DNA from: a bacterium
Lineage (GTDB): Bacteria; Vulcanimicrobiota; Vulcanimicrobiia; Vulcanimicrobiales; Vulcanimicrobiaceae
Direction of reading: 5' to 3'
Length of the DNA: 64,000 bases
NCBI GenBank assembly: GCA_021790935.1
Contig: JAJYFL010000004.1
Location: 91,142 to 155,141, forward strand
Each line of letters starts with the position of its first letter. Within the stretch, counting starts at the first letter, position 1. A program made the position numbers and the translations under genes. This document shows positions 39,599 to 51,063 of this stretch, in pieces. Under the pieces are notes generated by a model. It saw only the letters and a list, made by a program, of their open reading frames with translations. It had not been told where the DNA came from and ran no database searches.

Positions 39599-42500
39599 CT
39601 ATGGTAACTCGGAACCGCCGCCGGCGGTAGCAGGAGAGGCCCGGAGGATCGCGTCGGCACGCGCAATGCGAGCGCGCATCTCCCGTTCGAGCCGCCCGAG
39701 AACCTGCATCTCCGACGCGGTTGGGGCGGCGTCGGCCGACGCCGCGTCGCCCGCCAAGCTGCTCAAGCGGCCATAGACGTGTATCGGGTAGCGCAGGGCG
39801 TCTTCGGGCTGCGTCACCTCGGGCTCGTAGATGCGGTGTCGCAGCGCGTCGATCTGCCCGGCGAGCGCCGTTTGTGAATGCTTGCGCGCCACGGCGAGCG
39901 CCGCGTTGAGCCGGTCGATTGTCTTGGTAAGGCGCTGCTCGTCGGAGCGGATGCGTAACAGGAACGCAAGCTGCGAGCGCAGTTCCGCCTCCGTCGCATG
40001 CGATCGAGGGTCCTCCAGCACGCGAAGGCTCTGCGTACGCGTCGCCCCCGCGGCATCCAGGCGCACGGTATAGATTCCGGGAAGCGCGAGCGGGCCGCGG
40101 AATCCGCCGCCGTCCCACGGTACGAATCCCTTTACGTGATGGATCGCGCCGTAGCGAAGATTCCACCACACGCGGTTGACGCCGGCGTGCGGTTTCTTCA
40201 CGTCGATCGTGCGAATGACGGTCGTACCGTCGAGGATCTGCAGCGTAACCTTCTGCTTCTTGGCCGGCGCCGATTTTAGATAGAAGTTGACGTCCGCGCC
40301 GTAGGGCGGGTTGGCGCCGTTCCAATAATTCGCGCCCCGCGTATAATCGCCGATACGGTAGCGATAGGCCTCCCGAACCGGGAACAGATACGCGCTCTGC
40401 GAGAGCACCTGCGCGTCGAGGTGCTGTAAGGGGGAGATATCGTCGAGAATCCAGAGCGCGCGGCCGTGCGTACCGACGACCAGATCGTCGAAGTGCCTCT
40501 GCACCGTGAAATCGTAGATGGGGACCGTCGGCAGATTGTTTTGAAGCGGCTGCCAGGCTCCGCCATCGTCGAACGAGACCCAGAGCCCCGTCTCCGTGCC
40601 CACGTAGAGCAAACCGCGGCGGAACGGGTCTTCTTTTATCATGCGCGCGTAGCTGGTCCGCGGCAGGTTCCCGGAGATCGACGTCCAGTCTCTGCCGTAA
40701 TTCGTGGTCTTGTAGAGATGTGGAGACCGGTCTCCGCTCTTGTGGTAGTCGACCACCATGTACGCCGCCGCCGCATCGAACGGCGACGGATCGATGTAAT
40801 CGACGCGCCCCCACGGAGCGAACCCGGCACCCGTCGGCGTGACGTCGCTCCAATGCGCGCCCCCGTCGAGCGTGAGCCAGGCCAAACCATCGTCGGTTCC
40901 GACCCAAATCTCGCCTCGGCGACGGTGCGATTCGGCGATCGAGAAGATCGTGTCGTAATACTCGACGCTGGTATTGTCGTGCGTGACCGGACCGCCGGAG
41001 AAGCCCTGCCGCGCCTTGTCGTTACGCGTGAGATCCGGGCTGATGGCCTTCCAGGTTTGGCCTCCGTCGGCGGTCTCGAAGAGCCGGTTTCCTCCCATGT
41101 AGAGCAGGTCCGGACGAAACGGCGAGAGCGCGAGCGGCGCGGTCCACTGGAAGCGGTACTTGAGCTTGCGCGCGGGCCAGCCCATGTCGTCTTCGGGCCA
41201 GATGTTGATGGCGCGCGCTTGCCGCGTGCGGCGGTCGTAGCGCGTCACGTCTCCGGTGTAACCGTCTCCGTAGATGACGTTCGAATCCGTGCGGTCGATG
41301 ACGATCCAGCCGCTCTCGCCGCCGCCGGCCGAGAACCATGCGTCCGCGCCGATGCCGCCGTTGGAGAGACTGTTGCTCGGTCCGCACGCGCTGCCCGCAT
41401 CTTGGTCTTCGGAGCAGACGGTATACGGCACGCGATCGTCGACGGCGACGTGATAGGACTGGGCGATGGCGATCGGCGCCAAGAGCCACGTCTTGCCGCC
41501 GTCGACCGAAACCTCGGCGCCCTGGTCTCCGCCGGCGACCATGCGCTTAGAATCGTGCGGGTCGATCCACATCGAGTGATAATCGCCGCCTTTGGTATTG
41601 CGAACGCGCGCGACCTTGCTCCCGCCGTCCGTCGTCTGCCACATGCCGACCGACATGAAATACACGTGGTTGCGATCGTTTGGATCGACCGCCATCGACG
41701 TAAAGTAAAACGGCCGCTGATCGATGCCGTGGCTCGCGTTGACGAGCTTCCACGTCGCGCCCCCGTCGTCGCTGCGCCAGAGCGTTCCCGCCTTCGACTC
41801 GATCAACGCGTAGAGGCGTTGCGGGTCGCTCGGCGCGAAGGCTATCGCGATGCGCCCCATCGGCCCGGCCGGCAGGCCGTGGCCGCGCAGGCGCGTCCAG
41901 GTGTCGCCGCCGTCGGTCGATTCGTAGAGGCCGTCGCTGCGGCCGCCGCTGTTCAGATGGTAGGGATTGCGCCAGCCTTCCCATATGCCCGAAAAGACGA
42001 TCTTCGGATTCGCCGGATCGATTGCGACGCTCGACCCACCCGATCGCTCGCCAACGTAGAGCACCTTCTTCCACGTCTTGCCGCCGTCGGTAGTCCGGTA
42101 GATCCCGCGCTCGGTCGTCGGTGCGTACTGATCTCCGAGCGCCGCAACGAATGCCGTGTTCGCATCGGTGGGGCTCACCGCAATGGCCGCGATGCTCCCC
42201 GTAGCGTCGAGCCCGACGTGCTGCCAGCGTGCGCCCGCATCGGTCGATCTCCACACGCCGTCGCCGAACGCGACGTCGTTGCGCAGGTTCGCTTCGCCCG
42301 TCCCCGCATACACGATCTTGCCGTCGGAGGGCGCGGTCGCGAGCGCGCCGATCGAACTGACGGGCTCGTGCGCGAAGATCGCTTTCCACGTCAAGCCACC
42401 GTCGGTGGTCTTGAAGATGCCGCCGAGTCCGCCCGCGTAGTAAGCGAGCGAGTTGCCGGCCACGCCGGTGACGGCGTCGATGCGGCCGCTCGTCGGCCCG

Positions 42501-42619
42501 ATGTTGCGGAAGTGGAGCGCGGAGTAGGAAGCGGCGGGAATAGAAGCCGCGCGCACCGGTGCCGAACCCGCTGCCAGCGCGCCGAAGAGAAAGAACAGGG
42601 CCGTGCAAACGATCTTCAT
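39599..42619 (-). CDS. Secreted BNR/Asp-box repeat protein (sortilin/VPS10- or GH74-like), 1006 aa
   Basis: Signal peptide MKIVCTALFFLFGALAAGSAPVRA. There are more than 10 S-x-D-x-G-x-T-W motifs (TTDGGLTW, STDAGARW, TTDGGKTW, STDGGDTW, SDDGGATW, TTDGGS, SVDGGKTW, TADGGQTW, TLDGGAHW, TTNYGRDW, FDDGGAWQ). The track ORF runs on to 43810 across the MFS gene in another frame. Confidence 0.8.
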   Translation of the reverse strand: MKIVCTALFFLFGALAAGSAPVRAASIPAASYSALHFRNIGPTSGRIDAVTGVAGNSLAYYAGGLGGIFKTTDGGLTWKAIFAHEPVSSIGALATAPSDGKIVYAGTGEANLRNDVAFGDGVWRSTDAGARWQHVGLDATGSIAAIAVSPTDANTAFVAALGDQYAPTTERGIYRTTDGGKTWKKVLYVGERSGGSSVAIDPANPKIVFSGIWEGWRNPYHLNSGGRSDGLYESTDGGDTWTRLRGHGLPAGPMGRIAIAFAPSDPQRLYALIESKAGTLWRSDDGGATWKLVNASHGIDQRPFYFTSMAVDPNDRNHVYFMSVGMWQTTDGGSKVARVRNTKGGDYHSMWIDPHDSKRMVAGGDQGAEVSVDGGKTWLLAPIAIAQSYHVAVDDRVPYTVCSEDQDAGSACGPSNSLSNGGIGADAWFSAGGGESGWIVIDRTDSNVIYGDGYTGDVTRYDRRTRQARAINIWPEDDMGWPARKLKYRFQWTAPLALSPFRPDLLYMGGNRLFETADGGQTWKAISPDLTRNDKARQGFSGGPVTHDNTSVEYYDTIFSIAESHRRRGEIWVGTDDGLAWLTLDGGAHWSDVTPTGAGFAPWGRVDYIDPSPFDAAAAYMVVDYHKSGDRSPHLYKTTNYGRDWTSISGNLPRTSYARMIKEDPFRRGLLYVGTETGLWVSFDDGGAWQPLQNNLPTVPIYDFTVQRHFDDLVVGTHGRALWILDDISPLQHLDAQVLSQSAYLFPVREAYRYRIGDYTRGANYWNGANPPYGADVNFYLKSAPAKKQKVTLQILDGTTVIRTIDVKKPHAGVNRVWWNLRYGAIHHVKGFVPWDGGGFRGPLALPGIYTVRLDAAGATRTQSLRVLEDPRSHATEAELRSQLAFLLRIRSDEQRLTKTIDRLNAALAVARKHSQTALAGQIDALRHRIYEPEVTQPEDALRYPIHVYGRLSSLAGDAASADAAPTASEMQVLGRLEREMRARIARADAILRASPATAGGGSELP

Positions 42620-42723
42620 GCTCGAAGATTGCCTACTAACGGCAGAAGTTACCTTCGTGTCCGAAACCTGGCACACGCAGCCGGTGGCCGTCTCCCAACT
42701 CGGCTTCAGCACCGGTACGCGCA

Positions 42724-43890
42724 TCATGCGCGCCGCGCGACGGTCACGTAAAAGACGAGCGTCCCGAGCCCGGCCAGCAGCGCTGCGCCGAAGAACGTCG
42801 CTTGCGGGGCCAATCGCCACAGCGCGCCGCCGACGAGCGATGCGGGGAAGACGGCGAGCCCGCGCGTGAGATAATACGAGCCGACGTCCACGCTGCGCCG
42901 GTCCGCGCGCGCCAGATCGACGATCATCGCCTTGCGCGCCGGCTCGCCGATCTCGCGTAAACCCATGAGCGCGAAGGCCAGTACCAGCATCGGCAGGCTC
43001 CGGCTCGAGCCCAGCACCATCGGAAACAACGCGAAGAACGCATACGTCAGCGTGACCCACGGCTCGCGCCCGCGGCGATCGGCGATGCGGGCCGCCGGAA
43101 CGTAGACGGCGATGGAGACCAGCATCGCAAGCCCGACGAGCCACCCGAAGGTAACCGTCGAGAAGTGCAGCTCGCTCACGACGTAGAGCACGACGAAGAT
43201 CTCGCCGACACCCTGCCCGAATCGCACGACGATATCCGAAACCAGCAACGCCTTCAGGCGCGGGTGCAGCGATGCGGCATCGCGGACGAGTTCCGCAAGC
43301 GTCGCGCCCCCTGGTGCGACGGCGCGGTGACGCGTCGCTTGCAACGCGATCGCGGCGACGCCGATGGCGGCGGCGACCAGCAGCGCGGTTCGCATTCCTG
43401 CAGTGGTTCCGAGACGCGCGATCATGAGTCCGCCCAGCAGCGGAGCGACGACGATCGGAACGCGCCGCACGATCGATTGGTAGGCGAAACCGAGGCTTCG
43501 CTCGCCGGTCGGCAAGCTGTCGCCGATCGATGCAAACAACGCGGGAAGCGAGAGACCCTGCCACGCCACGACCAGCGGTAAAGCGATCAAGAGCACCCAC
43601 CAGCGCTGCGCGGCCGCAAAGGCGAGATAGCCGCACACGGCGAGCACGTTGAAGAGCAGCAGCGCCCGCCGGTACCCGAGGCGCGCACCGGCCAGGCCGC
43701 CCGGAAACTGGTAGAGCGCTTCGAGTAAATCCTTGAGCGCCCCATAGGCCGCGACGCCGGCGATCGACGCCCCCAGCGCCGTGAGATAGTTGGGGACGAA
43801 GCGCGACCACAGCTCTTCCGCCGATGCGATAAGAAATGTCGCACCGAAGAGCACGATCAGATTCGGCGTGAGCCCCCGCTTCGAGCGCAC
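42724..43890 (-). CDS. MFS transporter
   Basis: 12-TM major facilitator with an MFS signature (GxxADRxGRxP-like ARIADRRGREP). Confidence 0.8.
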   Translation of the reverse strand: MRSKRGLTPNLIVLFGATFLIASAEELWSRFVPNYLTALGASIAGVAAYGALKDLLEALYQFPGGLAGARLGYRRALLLFNVLAVCGYLAFAAAQRWWVLLIALPLVVAWQGLSLPALFASIGDSLPTGERSLGFAYQSIVRRVPIVVAPLLGGLMIARLGTTAGMRTALLVAAAIGVAAIALQATRHRAVAPGGATLAELVRDAASLHPRLKALLVSDIVVRFGQGVGEIFVVLYVVSELHFSTVTFGWLVGLAMLVSIAVYVPAARIADRRGREPWVTLTYAFFALFPMVLGSSRSLPMLVLAFALMGLREIGEPARKAMIVDLARADRRSVDVGSYYLTRGLAVFPASLVGGALWRLAPQATFFGAALLAGLGTLVFYVTVARRA

Positions 43891-44337
43891 TTACCGCGCT
43901 GGTTGCACGCGCATCCGGCAGAACTCATAGAGCGCGTCGTACGCCGGGAACTCCGCTACCATGAGGGCGTGGTCGTCGGCGTAGCGAGAGGGCGAGAGCG
44001 CGTGGAATCCGCTAGCGAACGCGTAGAGACCCGCGGATTCAGCAGCGAGCTCGCGGTCGGACGTATCGGCGCCGCGCACGATCTTCGCAAGCTCCGCCAG
44101 CGCCGGATCGTCCAGCCCGTATTTTTCGATAACCGCGTCGAACGTGCAGTAAGGACCGCGATGCCCTAGTGCGGCGCCCGGAACGTCGAAAGGGATGGCG
44201 CCTTCGCGTTCGGCCGTCTCCATCACGCGGTCGGCTTCGACGAACAGAAATTCGGCCTGCGGATCGACGAACCGCCGTATGAGCCACGGGCAGGCGATGC
44301 GGTCGACTTTGGCGTGCGCTCGAGTAACGTATTTCAT
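43891..44337 (-). CDS. ChrB C-terminal-like (chromate resistance associated) domain protein
   Basis: The KVDRIACPWLIRRFVDP motif is characteristic of the ChrB C-domain family. Confidence 0.55.
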   Translation of the reverse strand: MKYVTRAHAKVDRIACPWLIRRFVDPQAEFLFVEADRVMETAEREGAIPFDVPGAALGHRGPYCTFDAVIEKYGLDDPALAELAKIVRGADTSDRELAAESAGLYAFASGFHALSPSRYADDHALMVAEFPAYDALYEFCRMRVQPAR

Positions 44338-44458
44338 GCTTACATCCTTAACAGGTTGCGGAACGGGTTCCCGTACGAGGCAGGCAGGCGTTTCCCCACG
44401 ATGCGGGCAATCGAGGCACCGCCGCCCATACCCTTCCCTTCTTTACGGAAACGAGGAG

Positions 44459-45730
44459 TTGGACTCGAAGAACGCAGCGACACCCATACGACGCAGACGC
44501 CGCCCGCGACGCATTCTCCTCACCCTGCTCTTCGCATTCCTGGCAGCTGCGGCCGCGGGCGCCGCGCTCTTCCTCTTTGACAGGCGCGCCGTTGGGACGA
44601 TCGCGGCCCGCATGGCGATGGGAAGCAGACCCGTTAACGTCTTGGTCATCGCAAACAACGCGCGCGGCGTTCGGGCAAACGACCCGCTGGGCCTGGGAAC
44701 CGCCGCCGGTCAAGCCGACGTCATCCTCGTCGCGCGCTTCGATCCACTTTCGGACCGCATCTATGCGATCACGGTCCCGCGCGACACCCTGTTCGCACAG
44801 CCCGGATGGAACAATCCGATCCCGAAGATCAAGACGTTGTTCTTCATGGGCGACCAAGAGACGCCGCGGCGTGGCCCCGAGTTACTCGAGAAGGCCGTCT
44901 CCGCGCTGACGGGGCTTCCGCTGGATGGCTACGTCGCCATCAATTTCGCCGGATTCGAGCACGCCGTGAATCTCGTCGGCGGGCTGACGATCGACGTAAA
45001 GAAGCGTATCTACGATCCGCGCCACAGCGGTGCCGTTTTCGCTCCGGGTATTACGCGGATGAACGGCGCGCAAGTACTGGCGTTCGTCAGAGTTCGTCAG
45101 AACGAAGCGGGAAACGACTACCGGATCAACGATTTTCAGCGTATGCAAGCGGAGGTCGAAGTCGCCGGACTTCTGCGCGACAAACTGCTCGATCCACGCA
45201 CGGTCGCGACCCTGCTGCCCACCTTCATCGCGAAGATCAAACCAGACGTCGCGACCGATTTGCCCCAACGGGAATTGCTTCACATAGGGATCGCGATGGC
45301 GGGCGCGCCGGTCTATCAAATTTCGCTCGGTTCGATGCGCGACTCCATGCTGCTGGCTTCGACCGCATTGCCGGGCGTGAACGCGCAGGGCTGGATGGAG
45401 GGCGATTACTACGACGTTCTCGATCCGGTACGCGTCCGGCAAGCACTCGCCGGCTTCGGATCGACCTCAAGCAGCACCGGGCTGCCGGCGGCGCCGCCGC
45501 CCGCCACGCTGCCGCTCGCGCTCTACGGATCCACGCACATGGCGCTACATCTGGAGCACCAGGGCTTCAAACGAACCGCACGGCTGGCGAGATCGCCGGG
45601 CTACGGGCAGATCCGCGTCGTCTATCCCGCGGGCAATCCGGCAGCCGGCTGGGCCGTCGCGCGCGCGATCGGCCGCGGCGACGAGTACGTGCTTCCGGGC
45701 GACGTCACGCGCGTTACGGTATACGAATAG
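44459..45730 (+). CDS. LytR-CpsA-Psr (LCP) family protein with a C-terminal LytR_C domain
   Basis: TTG start, Arg-rich N-terminus, TM anchor and LCP core (VLVARFDP...AITVPRDT...VAINFAGFEHAVNLVGG). Confidence 0.75.
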   Translation: MDSKNAATPIRRRRRPRRILLTLLFAFLAAAAAGAALFLFDRRAVGTIAARMAMGSRPVNVLVIANNARGVRANDPLGLGTAAGQADVILVARFDPLSDRIYAITVPRDTLFAQPGWNNPIPKIKTLFFMGDQETPRRGPELLEKAVSALTGLPLDGYVAINFAGFEHAVNLVGGLTIDVKKRIYDPRHSGAVFAPGITRMNGAQVLAFVRVRQNEAGNDYRINDFQRMQAEVEVAGLLRDKLLDPRTVATLLPTFIAKIKPDVATDLPQRELLHIGIAMAGAPVYQISLGSMRDSMLLASTALPGVNAQGWMEGDYYDVLDPVRVRQALAGFGSTSSSTGLPAAPPPATLPLALYGSTHMALHLEHQGFKRTARLARSPGYGQIRVVYPAGNPAAGWAVARAIGRGDEYVLPGDVTRVTVYE

Positions 45731-45781
45731 TCCGATTCCAGGCTCCGCGAGGGCAGTCTCACCGCATTCCGACACCTCGCG

Positions 45782-45811
45782 TTGACGCAAATGACCTAGC
45801 CATGCTATGGT
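45782..45811 (+). promoter_or_regulatory. Sigma70-like promoter (TTGACG-N18-TATGGT) for the helicase gene; near-leaderless
   Basis: The -10 ends ~12 nt before the ATG at 45823, so the transcript would have a 5' UTR of only a few nt. Confidence 0.4.
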
Positions 45812-45822
45812 GAAGTCCACCC

Positions 45823-47061
45823 ATGCGCGATCTTTCGAATGCGATCGAGCCGCGCGCACTTCGAAAGTTCGTCGTCATTCCCACATTTGAAGAACTCGGC
45901 CTGCAGCCGGCGCTATTGCGTGCCGTGCGCGACCTGCACTTTACCGAACCGACCCCAATCCAGAACCTCGCCATTCCGCCTGCACTGCAGGGCCGCGACG
46001 TTCTCGCAAGCGCCGAGACCGGCAGCGGGAAATCCGCCGCCTTCGGCCTTCCGATCCTCCAGGCGCTCCTCGATAAACCGCGGGGGAAGACGCGCGCGCT
46101 GATTCTCGCACCTACGCGCGAACTCGCCGATCAAATCGCCGTACATCTCGCGCTCCTCGCAAAGCACACGAACGTTCGCGTCGCGCCCGTCTACGGCGGC
46201 GTCGGCTTCGGCGCGCAGATAACGGCTTTCAAGCGCGGTGCCGATATCATCGTCGCAACCCCGGGGCGCCTGCTCGACCATCTCGCGCGAGGCACGGCGA
46301 AGCTCGACGACGTTTCGATACTCGTGCTCGACGAAGCCGACCGCATGCTCGACATGGGTTTCCTCCCGGCCGTGCGCCGCGTCATCAAATACGTCTCGCC
46401 GGCCCGGCAAACGCTCTTCTTCTCCGCGACGCTTCCGCCCGCCATCTCGGCACTCGTGCGCGATATGCTGCGCGATCCCGTGCGCATCGAGCTCGCGCGC
46501 AAACCGGCGCCGGTGGAGACCCTCTCGCAAACGGTCTACGCCGTTCCGCAGGAGCGTAAGACCGATCTTCTTCTCGAGCTGCTCAAGAGTAGCGATATCC
46601 GCTCGGCCATCGCATTTACGAGGACCAGAGCCCGCGCCAACCGCCTGGCCGCAGCCCTCGAGAAACATCACATTCCCTCGGATCTGATCCACGGCGACCG
46701 TTCGCAATCGCAGCGCACGAGCGCGCTCGACAACTTTAAGCGCGGCAAGTATCGCGTACTGGTGGCGACCGACATCGCCGCGCGCGGCATCGATATCGCC
46801 GATCTCGGGCACGTCATCAACTACGACGTTCCGGGCGCGGCCGAAGACTACGTTCACCGCATCGGCCGAACGGCTCGCGCACACGCCGCAGGCGATGCCA
46901 TCACCTTCGTATCCTCAGACGAAGAACCGATGATGAAGTCGATCGAATACGCCCTGGGCAGGCCCCTGACCCGTTCGCGGAACCCGCTCTTTCCCGATGC
47001 CAGCATCGAGCCGCCCAAGGCTCGCGTCGTCTACAGCTCGCGTAACAAACGCCGCCGCTGA
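45823..47061 (+). CDS. rhlE: DEAD-box ATP-dependent RNA helicase (RhlE-like)
   Basis: Q-motif, AETGSGKS, PTRELA, DEAD, SAT and HRIGRTAR motifs. Confidence 0.9.
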   Translation: MRDLSNAIEPRALRKFVVIPTFEELGLQPALLRAVRDLHFTEPTPIQNLAIPPALQGRDVLASAETGSGKSAAFGLPILQALLDKPRGKTRALILAPTRELADQIAVHLALLAKHTNVRVAPVYGGVGFGAQITAFKRGADIIVATPGRLLDHLARGTAKLDDVSILVLDEADRMLDMGFLPAVRRVIKYVSPARQTLFFSATLPPAISALVRDMLRDPVRIELARKPAPVETLSQTVYAVPQERKTDLLLELLKSSDIRSAIAFTRTRARANRLAAALEKHHIPSDLIHGDRSQSQRTSALDNFKRGKYRVLVATDIAARGIDIADLGHVINYDVPGAAEDYVHRIGRTARAHAAGDAITFVSSDEEPMMKSIEYALGRPLTRSRNPLFPDASIEPPKARVVYSSRNKRRR

Positions 47062-47084
47062 CGAGCCGGAAGACGGCATCGTTC

Positions 47085-47175
47085 TGGAGGAGAGAGTGGG
47101 ATTCGAACCCACGGAACGCTCGTCGCGTTCAGCGGTTTTCAAGACCGCCGCCTTAAACCACTCGGCCATCTCTCC
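47085..47175 (-). tRNA. tRNA-Ser (anticodon UGA) with encoded CCA
   Basis: Reverse complement folds as a tRNA. Acceptor stem GGAGAGA/UCUCUCC, anticodon loop CUUGAAA, a long variable arm and a GTGGGTTCGAATCCCAC T-arm. Confidence 0.85.
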
Positions 47176-47565
47176 GCAATCCAAGAGCCCTTAATCTATC
47201 GGACGTTTCTATACATCGCCCCGGCGGGAAATGCCCGGCCGAGGCGACTTGCTAACCATTTGCTAGCCCGCTGGCGCGCCCTCCTGAGGCGCAAACAGTG
47301 TCCGTTCCAGCCCCTGTGCCGCCTGCCGACCAAGGCCCTCGCCTCCGCATCCCTACGTCTGCAACGCAAGCCACGAGCCGCTTTGCCCATCAAGGTCGTG
47401 ACGCCTGACGGATGACGAACGCTCTCAGGAAACGAGCGCTCGGCGTGGTTATCTTCCTCCAGGGCCTAGCGCCCTGCATTCACACTTTCGTAATAGGTTT
47501 CGGCCGGGAGCTTCCGGCGGTAGAATGGGGGAACCACGACATGCTGACTAATTGGGAGACGCTGT

Positions 47566-49104
<1,539 letters not shown>

Positions 49105-49107
<3 letters not shown>

Positions 49108-49271
49108 GAGGCTGTCGGAGTTGAGCCGTTTTCAGATTTGGCGCCGAATTTTCTTCGGAGACGAGGCGCGAAAAACGAGCGAAGCCGTAGCTTCGTGACT
49201 GATGAGCAACGAAGTATTCGGGCAAAAGGCGGCCCAAAGATGGAAACGTGCTTAACTCCGGCAGCCTCCTA
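49105..49271. repeat. MITE-like ~167-bp element, copy 3
   Basis: TAGGAGGCTGTCGG...CCGGCAGCCTCCTA. Its first TAG is the stop codon of the ALDH gene. Confidence 0.85.
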
Positions 49272-49275
49272 GCGC

Positions 49276-49653
49276 GTGCAGACGGCCACGCGCGTTGAGG
49301 CAACGCCCGCGGCGCTCGAACTCATCGAGCGCCTTCGGGCGAAGCACGGGCCGCTCATGTTTCATCAGTCGGGGGGCTGCTGCGACGGCAGCAGCCCGAT
49401 GTGCTATCCGCTCGGTGACTTTATCGTTGGCAACTCCGACGTTAAGCTCGGCGAGATCGGCAACGCGCCCTTCTATATGAGCGAATCCCAGTTCGAGTAC
49501 TGGAAGCACACGAAGCTTATTATCGACGTCGTCCCCGGCCGCGGTGGCATGTTTTCGCTCGATAACGCCGAGGACGTCCGTTTCTTGACGAGGTCGCGCG
49601 TCTTAACCGACGAAGAGGTGGCGCTACTACCGCCGGTCGAGTCCGTCTCCTGA
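49276..49653 (+). CDS. DUF779 domain protein
   Basis: A GTG start is followed by the conserved MFHQSGGCCDGS motif. Confidence 0.7.
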   Translation: MQTATRVEATPAALELIERLRAKHGPLMFHQSGGCCDGSSPMCYPLGDFIVGNSDVKLGEIGNAPFYMSESQFEYWKHTKLIIDVVPGRGGMFSLDNAEDVRFLTRSRVLTDEEVALLPPVESVS

Positions 49654-49731
49654 TCGGACTGGGCCTCGCGATCTTCCCCGGAGCGATTCTCTCCTGGCGG
49701 AGCCGCGGTTTGAGGTATCGAAACCCTGTCT

Positions 49732-51063
49732 ATGATCGTCGAGCAATTTGCGTCCGCAGACCCGCATGCTCGCATCGCGGCGGCCGTGCTTCGCCTGCTC
49801 TTCGGAGACGCGTACGCCAGAAACTTCGCCATCCGCCTGTGGGACGGCAGCCTCATCCCCGCAAGCGAGCAGAAGCGCTTTACGCTACTGGTAAACTCGC
49901 CGGGCGCGCTGCGCACCGCGTTCCGTCCGCCGGTCGATCTCAACGCCGGCCGGGCGTTCGCCGCCGGCGCGATCGATTGCGACGGCCAGGTGGAGTATGC
50001 CGTCGACGAGATGTACGGTGCGATGCACCGTATGCCGCGTTCGGCACTTCCCCGCATGCTGACGCTCTTGCTGCGCCTGCCGAAAGAGCCGCGTCCGGAT
50101 TTGCGCGAGGCGACTCTGCGGGGAAAGTTGCACTCCGTGGAACGCGACCGCGCGGCGATCGGCTTCCACTACGATCAGCCCGTTCCATTTTACGCGTCGT
50201 TTCTCGACCGCGAGCTGGTCTATTCGTGCGCGTATTTCGACGACGGCGTACAGACGCTGGATGACGCGCAGATTGCGAAGCTCGACTATACCTTGCGCAA
50301 ACTGGGCGTCCGGCCGGGGGAACGCGTGCTCGACATCGGCTGCGGCTGGGGAGCGCTCGTCATCCGGGCAGCGCAGCGTTTCGGCGCCCGCGCGCTTGGC
50401 GTCACGCTCAGCCCCCGGCAATACGAAGAAGCCAACCGGCGCATCGCCGCGGCGGGGCTCGGCGATCGCGCGCGCGTAGAGTTGCGCGACTACCGCGAAC
50501 TCAACGGGGCCGAGTTCGACAAGATTGCGAGCGTTGGCATGTTCGAGCACGTCGGGCGCTCGAAGCTGCCGGAGTATTTTCGCGTCGCATACTCGTTGCT
50601 GCGGCCGGGCGGGCTCTTTCTCAATCACGGCATCGCAAATCAAGATCCTACGCTCTCCGACGGCAAGGCAAGCGGTTTCATGAATCGCTTCATCTTCCCC
50701 GACGGTGAACTCGTGCTCGTCTCCGAAGCGCTGCAAATCGCGGAGCGATGCGGATTCGAGGTGCGAGACGTCGAGAACTTGCGCGAGCACTACATGCGGA
50801 CGCTGCGTGCGTGGGTTGCCAATATCGAACGCAACCGCGCGGATGCGATCGCGGCGGCGGGGGAGCAATCCTACCGTACGTGGCGGCTCTATATGGCGGG
50901 AAGCGCCCAGGGCTTCCGTATCGGGAGAATCGGCCTCTTCCAATCGCTGCTCGCAAGAGCGAACGGCGACGGCAGCGTCGGCATCTCGCCGACGCGGCGC
51001 GATCTCTACATAGAGGGGGCGGCCGTAGCCGCCCCTTGCGATCCGCCGTCGAGAGACGGTTAA
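49732..51063 (+). CDS. cfa: Cyclopropane-fatty-acyl-phospholipid synthase family methyltransferase
   Basis: SAM motif VLDIGCGWG and the CFA synthase family core (YSCAYF, ASVGMFEHVG). Confidence 0.85.
   Translation: MIVEQFASADPHARIAAAVLRLLFGDAYARNFAIRLWDGSLIPASEQKRFTLLVNSPGALRTAFRPPVDLNAGRAFAAGAIDCDGQVEYAVDEMYGAMHRMPRSALPRMLTLLLRLPKEPRPDLREATLRGKLHSVERDRAAIGFHYDQPVPFYASFLDRELVYSCAYFDDGVQTLDDAQIAKLDYTLRKLGVRPGERVLDIGCGWGALVIRAAQRFGARALGVTLSPRQYEEANRRIAAAGLGDRARVELRDYRELNGAEFDKIASVGMFEHVGRSKLPEYFRVAYSLLRPGGLFLNHGIANQDPTLSDGKASGFMNRFIFPDGELVLVSEALQIAERCGFEVRDVENLREHYMRTLRAWVANIERNRADAIAAAGEQSYRTWRLYMAGSAQGFRIGRIGLFQSLLARANGDGSVGISPTRRDLYIEGAAVAAPCDPPSRDG

Noticed and set aside
39599-43810. 1403-aa ORF in the six-frame track
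   Set aside because: It merges the BNR-repeat gene with an out-of-frame read-through of the MFS transporter gene. The real start is the ATG at 42619 with a signal peptide.
47085-47175. Possibility that the tRNA is tRNA-Sec supporting the selenoprotein candidates
   Set aside because: The anticodon is UGA (reads UCN serine codons), not UCA. The acceptor stem is 7 bp, not 8. It is an ordinary tRNA-Ser.
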